From an uncultured Gammaproteobacteria bacterium (lineage in GTDB: Bacteria > Patescibacteriota > Microgenomatia > UBA8517 > UBA10165), in the NCBI GenBank assembly GCA_964564005.1, contig CAZLZK010000001.1, forward strand, positions 3,588 through 60,048: a stretch of 56,461 nucleotides of DNA, written 5' to 3'. Below are positions 44,798 to 51,416 of the stretch, in pieces; the first letter of the stretch is position 1; every line of letters begins with the position of its first letter. The notes below the pieces were generated by a model. That model saw only the letters and a program-made list of their open reading frames with translations. It searched no databases and was not told where the DNA came from. A program made the translations under genes and the position numbers.

Positions 44798-46336
44798 TTA
44801 TCTACTTCCAATGCGGGTGCGTCTTTGTACAGTAATGCCACCAAATTGCACTTCATCTTCCACCACCCCAATCCCTTTCTGTCGGGCTAGCCACGCCTCA
44901 AGTCTCTCAGGGTGTGGTGGATCAACTTCATATAAAGTATAAAGAAGAGGAGTTTCTCGGTCGAGCACCATTCCACAAAGACTTTCTCCACATCGAATAT
45001 TTGTCTGCCAAAGGAAGAGATAGTCATAAGCATAAGGGATAACAGGAGGAACATAAGAGTCGATATTAAACTCCGTCCCTCTTGCGTCACCCAATATCCA
45101 GTCAACAGCCTGCATCTCGTTACCCAAACTTATGTGTAGGGGGCCATCTGCCCCTCCTGTTATAAAATTCTTGAGAACAGTAAAGTTGCCCTGAAAAAAG
45201 AGGCCAAAAAATAAAGCTACGACAATCACTCCGCCAACGTCTCTTTTTACCAATAACGAGAGCAGTACCGAAAAGAGGAGAACAAAAACAAGATAAGAGG
45301 CGGTGAAGTAATAGCCGTAAACATTACCGTAGTTCCCTTGAAAAAAAAGCATGCCGATAAGCGGGAAAATAAAAACCAAAAATGCCACGATAAATTTTTG
45401 GTTTCTCAAAAGGCTTTTAAGACTCAACAAACACGCAAGAAGCCCCAAGATTGCCATAAATATCCACGGGCGTGAGGAGACGGGTTGTAATTTAGAAAAA
45501 AACAACTGGTAGTAAGAATCTAGCCGCACCTTAACAACTTCCCAAAAGGATACCCTAAAACTTTCTTCCTGAAAAAGAAACTTTTTAATTGCCGAAAGTA
45601 ATACTCCATTGTGACGTATATCAAAAAGAACCTGTGGAATAAGTGTTATAAAAAATGCCAATAGTGACCAAAAGAGAATTTTCCTGTTTGGTAAATTCTT
45701 GCGTTGCCAAATAGCCAGGACTGCAATCGCCGGGAAATAGAAAATCTCAGCGGCACTCCCAAATTGCATTGCTAGCCCTAAAAGGAATGAGATCGGGAGC
45801 CAGCTCCATCTTTTCCCTTCCATGACCTGAAACATAAAAAATAGAAGCAGCATACTGATAAGAAACATCGGCGTGGGATTCGATAACCACCGGGAGTCAA
45901 GCATGAAGTAAAAAGAGAAACTGGCAATTATAACAGCGATTATTCCCGAAAGTCTTCCTTCAATTTGTACCGCAAGAACATAGAGTACAAAAATTGCCAG
46001 AACACTAAGGACAGCTAGAAAATTAGCCGGCCAAACTGGATCTCCTCCACCAAGAAGATAAAAGGGGGCAATAAGCCAGTAGTACCATGGGCCCCTAAAA
46101 ATTCCTTCTATTCCGGTTGTCGGCCCAACCAAAAAGAACTTTCCCTCATGCCAAAACCGCCAAATAACCAATGCATCCCGACCTTGATCATAATAAAACC
46201 TCAATATCTGGTCAGTCCTGTAAACCCGCACAAAAAGAGCTGCAGCCAGTAAAACTGTTAATAAGCAATATGTCTTTGGATGGCTGTGCACCTCCCGTTT
46301 GCAAGCTTTGTACCAAGCCAAGATTTTATTCTTCAT
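44798..46336 (-). CDS. Polytopic membrane protein, GT-C-like (family C, paralog 2)
   Basis: 512 aa. FYYDQGRDALVIWRF ... LVGPTTGIEGIFRGPWYYWLIAP. ATGA overlap with the upstream DHH gene. Confidence 0.6.
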   Translation of the reverse strand: MKNKILAWYKACKREVHSHPKTYCLLTVLLAAALFVRVYRTDQILRFYYDQGRDALVIWRFWHEGKFFLVGPTTGIEGIFRGPWYYWLIAPFYLLGGGDPVWPANFLAVLSVLAIFVLYVLAVQIEGRLSGIIAVIIASFSFYFMLDSRWLSNPTPMFLISMLLLFFMFQVMEGKRWSWLPISFLLGLAMQFGSAAEIFYFPAIAVLAIWQRKNLPNRKILFWSLLAFFITLIPQVLFDIRHNGVLLSAIKKFLFQEESFRVSFWEVVKVRLDSYYQLFFSKLQPVSSRPWIFMAILGLLACLLSLKSLLRNQKFIVAFLVFIFPLIGMLFFQGNYGNVYGYYFTASYLVFVLLFSVLLSLLVKRDVGGVIVVALFFGLFFQGNFTVLKNFITGGADGPLHISLGNEMQAVDWILGDARGTEFNIDSYVPPVIPYAYDYLFLWQTNIRCGESLCGMVLDRETPLLYTLYEVDPPHPERLEAWLARQKGIGVVEDEVQFGGITVQRRTRIGSR

Positions 46337-47328
46337 ATTGTTTTAAGATATCCTTCTAGCTTCTCTCTGATTCTTCTTGTCGCCTCCTCAAACTCTCCAT
46401 AGACCCTGAAGCCTGCTGCTACTTTATGTCCGCCGCCCCCAAGTTCTTTGGCTATATCAGCAACGTTAACATTTGTGCGTGAACGAAGACTTCCGTGAAC
46501 TGTGCCTTTTTCCTCCTCCACAAGGAACATCCCAAAATCCGTCCCTTCTATGTTGGCAAGAAAAGTTTCAGATGTGTTTTGATTAACTACTGGACCCCCT
46601 AACGTTTCAAGTTGAGAAAAAGGGATAGCTGCCCAGACAAAACAGTAGCCACCGACTTTTTCTATCTTCATGCTCTCCAAGACCTTAGCCCAGAACTTTG
46701 CAGTCGCGAAAGATATCCTCTGGTTAAGATTAAATGCTATGGCCGGAAAGGAGGCGCCTTTTTGGAGAAGACCGCTGGCCACCGTGAAGGTGTCTGGGCT
46801 CACCCCAGAAGCAAATCGAAAGGTTCCGGTGTCTCCGGCGATGCCAGTCATGAGACAAGTAGCAACTTCGGAGGTCACCTCAACCCCCCAATCAGAGAAA
46901 AGATTGTATAAAACTTCGCCCAGAGAGCCAATTTTATCGTCGACCAAATTGATACCACCGTATTTCTCATTAAGGTAATGATGATCGATATTAACTATAA
47001 AGAGGCTCGGGGGCGGTCGAAAGACCTCTTTGGTCAACATTCCAAGTGACGCAGAATCCACAGCCAAGAGGAGGTCGAATCCATCTAGCTTCTTGCTGTT
47101 TAGGTCTTCTCGCTGTATCTTTGCAAAACCCGGAAGAAATTCAAGGTTTTTAGGTAATCCATCGGTTGAAACAATCTCCACGTCCTTCTCTCGGCCGGTC
47201 AAAATTTGGTACAGGGCGAGGTTAGAGCCAACGCTATCTGGGTCTGGACTCCGGTGAACCACCAGAAGAATTTTGTGGGAGGCATCAATTTTCTCAATAA
47301 TTTGCTTCGACTCTTGGTAGTATGTCAT
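46333..47328 (-). CDS. DHH/DHHA1-family phosphoesterase (NrnA-like oligoribonuclease/pAp phosphatase type)
   Basis: 331 aa. HRSPDPDSVGS (DxD), NIDHHYLN (DHH), GGGHKVAAGF (DHHA1 GGGH). Confidence 0.85.
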   Translation of the reverse strand: MTYYQESKQIIEKIDASHKILLVVHRSPDPDSVGSNLALYQILTGREKDVEIVSTDGLPKNLEFLPGFAKIQREDLNSKKLDGFDLLLAVDSASLGMLTKEVFRPPPSLFIVNIDHHYLNEKYGGINLVDDKIGSLGEVLYNLFSDWGVEVTSEVATCLMTGIAGDTGTFRFASGVSPDTFTVASGLLQKGASFPAIAFNLNQRISFATAKFWAKVLESMKIEKVGGYCFVWAAIPFSQLETLGGPVVNQNTSETFLANIEGTDFGMFLVEEEKGTVHGSLRSRTNVNVADIAKELGGGGHKVAAGFRVYGEFEEATRRIREKLEGYLKTI

Positions 47329-48929
47329 TGTCCTTCGGGATTGTGAACAAGCTTAAAAACTCTCACGCCTTTCTGTTCCCATTCTTTTTCTATCTTCGCC
47401 CAGCCGAAGTTGGCAATTTCTGCTTTTTCGTGATTTATGGGCTTACATGGCTCTGGATTACCCGGAGAGGTAGTGTCTTCGCAAACAACGAAAAGCTGGT
47501 CTGTTATCGTCTCTTTTGAGCGTTGTGCGTCGATCTCCCGAACCGGAGCCTTCCAGAGCTCGAAGAAGTAAAGATATCCTTCCTCGTAATTTCTCTTAGC
47601 AATAAGCCCAAAGTTAAACGGTTTATCGCCCGCTTCATTCATTATTCTCCTATCAATTTCCTGAACGCGTTGCAGTTGTCGCTGCGGCGGATCTTTTAAT
47701 GGATTTTGCTGGAGGTTAATCCAGATTAACAGTATCCCTATCACTATCACCAACCACTTTCTATCTGTCCATAACTCCTGTAAAATCGCGCCCACGAGAA
47801 GAAACGGGGCTGCGAACATAAACTCAAAATAGTGGCTATAAATAGCTTGTTTATAAAGCCCAAGACCAAGAAGCCCTACTACGATCCACAATGAAGTAAG
47901 TCTTAGGGCGGCAAGTTGAACCTTCTTTTGATTGTTGTGCCACTTACGACCTAACCATAAAGCGCCGATAACAAGAACTATTGCAACAAGAGCACTCCAT
48001 TCTTTTTCTCTACCTACGAGAAGATTGGTTACAACATCGTTTTGCCAAAGAGGCCAGAGGTCGGGAATGGCGTTCCACGGCCTCGCCGAAACCGTTGTTT
48101 GCCGCTCGGTGAAAAACTTAACCATCGCTCCCCAGTTTCGGAAAGCATGTTTTGCGTCAAAGAAGACCAAGGGAGACATCGAAAAAGCGAAAAGCGAAAA
48201 AGCGAAAAGCGAAAAGATAAAAAACTTTTTCCGTATAAGCAAAGCTTGACTGCGTGTAAGCAAAGCTTGACTGCGTATTGCGTATTGCGTATTACGCAGA
48301 GTGAGTAGCCAAAAAATGCCGATCGTTGGAAGCAGTAAAAGGCCAAGGTAATGCGACTGCAGAACTGCGGCAAAAGATACACCAAGCACCAACAGCCATT
48401 TCCACTCCCTCTTTTGCCAAACCCGCCAAATGGCAAAAATAGACAAAAGGGCAAAGAAAGGCATTATGTTAGGATTCCAAGAATGCCTTGCGTGAAGAAT
48501 TACAACTGGGGAGATAGCAAATAAAAGGCTTGCGAAAAAGGCTGCAACTTTCCCAAACCACTCACGCGCAGCAAACCAGGTGAGAAAAACCGTTGCTACA
48601 CTTAAGAGCGCCACAAAGGTGGCCGGGCCCACAGGAGAAAAACGCCAAAGAGCCAAGAATGGGGCAATAAGATAATAGTATAAGGGCCCCAAATACATAT
48701 CCCCAATTGAAGTACGGGGCCCAACAAACATAAGATCAAAATCTGTTAAGAAACGCCGAACAACTCTCACATCCCGACCTTCATCTCCCAAAAACGTCAG
48801 ATATCCATCAATCTTCCAAAGGCGCAGTGCGGCAGCTAACAGCAAAACAGCTAACAGCAAAACAGCCTCTCTTTTATTTTCCAGAATCCGTTCTCTGATA
48901 CTTGTGAATTTTACCTTGTAACCTTTCAT
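47325..48929 (-). CDS. Polytopic membrane protein, GT-C-like (family C, paralog 3)
   Basis: 534 aa. FLGDEGRDVRVVRRF ... FVGPRTSIGDMYLGPLYYYLIAP. Contains four different in-frame tandem repeats. Confidence 0.6.
   Translation of the reverse strand: MKGYKVKFTSIRERILENKREAVLLLAVLLLAAALRLWKIDGYLTFLGDEGRDVRVVRRFLTDFDLMFVGPRTSIGDMYLGPLYYYLIAPFLALWRFSPVGPATFVALLSVATVFLTWFAAREWFGKVAAFFASLLFAISPVVILHARHSWNPNIMPFFALLSIFAIWRVWQKREWKWLLVLGVSFAAVLQSHYLGLLLLPTIGIFWLLTLRNTQYAIRSQALLTRSQALLIRKKFFIFSLFAFSLFAFSMSPLVFFDAKHAFRNWGAMVKFFTERQTTVSARPWNAIPDLWPLWQNDVVTNLLVGREKEWSALVAIVLVIGALWLGRKWHNNQKKVQLAALRLTSLWIVVGLLGLGLYKQAIYSHYFEFMFAAPFLLVGAILQELWTDRKWLVIVIGILLIWINLQQNPLKDPPQRQLQRVQEIDRRIMNEAGDKPFNFGLIAKRNYEEGYLYFFELWKAPVREIDAQRSKETITDQLFVVCEDTTSPGNPEPCKPINHEKAEIANFGWAKIEKEWEQKGVRVFKLVHNPEGQ
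48181..48216. repeat. 15-bp tandem repeat (GAAAAAGCGAAAAGC) x2.4
   Basis: Encodes FSLFAFSLFAFS in 47325..48929. Confidence 0.9.
48236..48277 (+). repeat. 21-bp repeat family, 2 tandem units (TAAGCAAAGCTTGACTGCGTG/TA)
   Basis: Units at 48236-48256 and 48257-48277 with 20 of 21 positions identical. Encodes RSQALLTRSQALLI in 47325..48929. Confidence 0.95.
48271..48298. repeat. Heptanucleotide tandem tract YTGCGTA x3 followed by TTACGCA
   Basis: CTGCGTA TTGCGTA TTGCGTA TTACGCA, directly abutting the 21-bp units. The last two units form the dyad TGCGTA-t-TACGCA. Confidence 0.85.
48833..48866. repeat. 15-bp tandem repeat (CAGCTAACAGCAAAA) x2.3
   Basis: Exact duplication at 48833-48847 and 48848-48862. 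Encodes AVLLLAVLLLA in TM1 of 47325..48929. Confidence 0.9.
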
Positions 48930-49708
48930 TTTAAAATTTTACCCTCCCGAAGGGAGTCCCCGCTTTTTAATTTTCTCCACGGCCTTGTCACAAAAAGTCT
49001 TACAAGTCCTTTAATATCTCCCCATGCGGTCTTTGCAACTTTCACGGTCGAGCGAGGATCGTCTCGCCAAACAATAGGAACTTCCGTAATTTTAAATCCT
49101 GCTTTGTCGGCAATAATTAAAAGCTCTGAATCAAAGAACCATGCAGTATCTTCTATGTAAGGTAGAAGCTTTTGTGCTGCTTCCCTCTTTATTGCCTTAA
49201 ACCCACATTGCGCATCCCAAAAACTTGTCCAGAAAAGAAGTTTTATTAAAAGATTGTAGCCGCGAGACATAATCTCTCGGGTTAGAGTCCTCCCATAAAC
49301 TTTTGCCCCCCGCTTAAGCCGTGAGCCAATTGCAATATCGCTACCATTTTTAATCGCCTCAACTATGGAGGACAAAAACCGGAGGTCTGAGGAGAGATCA
49401 ACGTCCATGTAAACCAATATGTCAGATTTTCGAGAAAGCCAAGTCCTCTTAAGTGCTCCACCTCGTCCTGGACGAGGGACCAGGACATACTTGATACCTG
49501 GGTTCTTTTTAACAAGCTCTTTTGACACCTGTGCTGTTCTATCATAAGACGGTCCATTATCTCCAATAATAATTTCCCAGTCATAGTCCTTAAAATTATC
49601 TTTGAGGAACTTATGAAGTCTTGGAATGTTACGCGGCAGATCTTTCTCCTCGTTGTAAACAGGCACGACCACGCTCAGGGTCATTCTTTTCTCCATCTTG
49701 AAAATCAT
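48926..49708 (-). CDS. GT2 glycosyltransferase, Dpm1/GtrB-like polyprenyl-phosphate sugar synthase
   Basis: LSVVVPVYNEEKDL ... EIIIGDNGPSYDRT ... WDAQCGFKAIKREA. Alternative starts at 49696 or 49684. First gene of the minus-strand array. Confidence 0.85.
   Translation of the reverse strand: MIFKMEKRMTLSVVVPVYNEEKDLPRNIPRLHKFLKDNFKDYDWEIIIGDNGPSYDRTAQVSKELVKKNPGIKYVLVPRPGRGGALKRTWLSRKSDILVYMDVDLSSDLRFLSSIVEAIKNGSDIAIGSRLKRGAKVYGRTLTREIMSRGYNLLIKLLFWTSFWDAQCGFKAIKREAAQKLLPYIEDTAWFFDSELLIIADKAGFKITEVPIVWRDDPRSTVKVAKTAWGDIKGLVRLFVTRPWRKLKSGDSLREGKILK
48943..48968 (-). repeat. Conserved hairpin-containing motif of about 25 nt, copy 2 (GT2 to GT-C junction)
   Basis: Plus strand CCTCCCGAAGGGAGTCCCCGCTTTTT. 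On the mRNA strand it reads GCGGGGACUCCCUUCGGGAGGG, with the GGAGG part 13 nt upstream of the ATG at 48929. Confidence 0.7.
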
Positions 49709-49804
49709 ACCACAGCAAGCTTTCTATGTGCTATTATAAGCAGAGCTTGCAACGAACTGTGTTCGTTATAAGCGTAGCTTGTTTGCCTTCGGCAACATGA
49801 GCAC
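49709..49804. promoter_or_regulatory. Divergent intergenic control region for the 49-kb minus-strand array and the plus-strand PIG-V-like gene
   Basis: The only non-coding gap longer than 75 bp in the window. It lies between divergent start codons and should hold both promoters. On the minus strand it has TGCTTATAAT (extended -10-like) and TTGCCG-18 nt-TTATAA. It is occupied by the extended repeat copies. Confidence 0.5.
49737..49796 (+). repeat. Extended intergenic version of the repeat family: two heads TA-TAAGC-NN-AGCTTG, each followed by a hairpin
   Basis: TATAAGCAGAGCTTG is an exact 15-mer match to the 28738 locus, followed by AACGAAC-tgt-GTTCGTT. TATAAGCGTAGCTTG is an exact 15-mer match to the 21715 locus, followed by TTGCC-ttc-GGCAA. 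Confidence 0.85.
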
Positions 49805-50968
49805 ATGGAAAAAGCCAAACCGTTTTTATTGCTCGCAATTGCTTCTCTTGCCACAACTTTTCTTCTTTGGCTACCGTTCATATTAAGAATTCCCTCCCTC
49901 TGGGGAATCAATTTGCCTCAAAACGGTCTTGCAACGGTTGTTGCAAACTTTGACGGGCCCCATTATATAGTTGTTGCCAAAACTCTCTATGACCCCCAAG
50001 CAATTGCGGAAAATTTCTCTTTCCCATTACAGCCGATTTATTATTCTGCCCATTATCCGCTTTTCCCGCTTCTTATAAAGCTGGTTGCCGAAATCTTCCC
50101 ATTCGTGGGATACCCTTACGCAATGATATTAGTGACAGTTCTAACAAGTGTTCTCGCGCTCTGGATGTTTTATAGACTTCTTGAGGAGTTCGGGCTTAAA
50201 AGACATGCCTTATGGCTTACACTACTTTTTACAATCCTTCCCGGTCGTTGGCTTATCGTTCGTTCAATAGGCTCACCGGAACCATTATTTCTACTAACCA
50301 TCATGGCTTCAATTTTTTACTTCCGAAGGGAGAAGTGGGTTCTTGCTGGGATTTTTGGGGCGCTTGCGCAAGCAACAAAACCGCCAGGCATCCTCCTCTT
50401 TTTCGCCTACCTTATCGCGCTTATCGCACCAGCATGGCCAAAATTAGCACATACGGACGCTGGTAAATGGCTGCGGGGTCTTCCGTGGAGAGCCTATCCA
50501 ATATTTCTTATTCCACTCACATTAATCTTAATCTATGTCTTTTATGGAATTCGCTATGGCAATTTCTTGGCTTATTTCAACTCCGGAGATAATATCCACC
50601 TTATCTTCCCACCATTTAGGATTTTTAACCCTAATCTTACTTGGGTCGGAACTTTCTGGCTTGAAGAAATTATCTGGATCTATCTTTTTGGCGGCCTAGG
50701 GCTTCTTTATTTAATTAAACAAAAGAGGACGCTTCTAGCATCTTTTGTCGGAGTATTTTTCTTCTTCATTCTCTTTGTTTCGCATCGAGATATCGCGCGC
50801 TATAGTCTCCCAATTATACCCTTTCTCTTTATCGGGTTTTCAAATCTCTTAGTATCAAAGGAGTTTAAGTGGGTAATGATTCTTTTAGCAATTCCAATCT
50901 ATCTCTATTCAATCGCCTTCATCGCGGGGAATGTTACGCCGATTGGGGACTGGGGACCACTGCTTTAG
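49805..50968 (+). CDS. Polytopic membrane protein, PIG-V/Mannosyl_trans2-like GT-C candidate
   Basis: 387 aa. VANFDGPHYIVVAKTLY after TM1, paralogous to 4463..5674. About 9-10 TM. Confidence 0.6.
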   Translation: MEKAKPFLLLAIASLATTFLLWLPFILRIPSLWGINLPQNGLATVVANFDGPHYIVVAKTLYDPQAIAENFSFPLQPIYYSAHYPLFPLLIKLVAEIFPFVGYPYAMILVTVLTSVLALWMFYRLLEEFGLKRHALWLTLLFTILPGRWLIVRSIGSPEPLFLLTIMASIFYFRREKWVLAGIFGALAQATKPPGILLFFAYLIALIAPAWPKLAHTDAGKWLRGLPWRAYPIFLIPLTLILIYVFYGIRYGNFLAYFNSGDNIHLIFPPFRIFNPNLTWVGTFWLEEIIWIYLFGGLGLLYLIKQKRTLLASFVGVFFFFILFVSHRDIARYSLPIIPFLFIGFSNLLVSKEFKWVMILLAIPIYLYSIAFIAGNVTPIGDWGPLL

Positions 50969-51362
50969 CTCGAGAGTCAAAAACAACACTACACCCACAA
51001 AAGCCATCTAAAACACATCCTTTTTCTACTATCGTCGGGATAACTGGAGCATGAGTTGGGTTGACAGCCTTTGACATAAGTTCTACCTGTGCAAGCGTTT
51101 TCTCTACGGGGGAGGGCCAGCGGTCTTCTCCAAAAATAGGGAGATAGACCCTGTGGCTCTTTGGGTCATACAAAACGGCTATTCCCTGAATTCCTCCTTC
51201 CCGCTCAAGCAAGTCGAGAACGTTTTCAACAGCCTTGCGGTCGCCCTGTGTTTCTTGAGAATCACCTGTAGGAAGATGTTCAATGACGGCCAAAACTTGT
51301 TCTCTTAATTGAGGAATTACACACCCATCTTCGAGACGCACACCAGGCAGTTCGTGCACCAT
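50934..51362 (-). CDS. Hypothetical soluble protein
   Basis: 142 aa ORF with no TM and no motif I recognise. Preceded by a near-consensus promoter. Its 3' end overlaps the convergent gene by 35 nt. Confidence 0.45.
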   Translation of the reverse strand: MVHELPGVRLEDGCVIPQLREQVLAVIEHLPTGDSQETQGDRKAVENVLDLLEREGGIQGIAVLYDPKSHRVYLPIFGEDRWPSPVEKTLAQVELMSKAVNPTHAPVIPTIVEKGCVLDGFCGCSVVFDSRAKAVVPSPQSA

Positions 51363-51374
51363 AGAGTAAATTTA

Positions 51375-51404
51375 ATTCTAGGCACAATTTCCACCCATTG
51401 TCAA
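51375..51404 (-). promoter_or_regulatory. Putative sigma70-type promoter for 50934..51362
   Basis: On the minus strand: TTGACA (51404-51399), an 18-bp spacer, then TAGAAT (51380-51375). The ATG at 51362 is only 12 nt beyond the -10 box, implying a very short or absent leader. Confidence 0.45.
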
Positions 51405-51416
51405 GTTTTGCCATTT

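Noticed and set aside
48943-48968. The hairpin CTCCC-gaa-GGGAG followed by TCCCCGCTTTTT on the plus strand looks like a rho-independent terminator.
   Set aside because: No plus-strand gene ends here. On the transcribed (minus) strand the T-run becomes an upstream A-run, the element lies inside a coding region, and the operon continues with an ATGA overlap.
49726-49806. A 7-bp inverted repeat, ATGTGCT ... AGCACAT, flanks the intergenic repeat copies. Could these be terminal inverted repeats of a MITE?
   Set aside because: A 7-bp inverted repeat within about 100 bp is expected fairly often by chance. The right arm also contains the ATG of 49805..50968, and no target-site duplication is evident.
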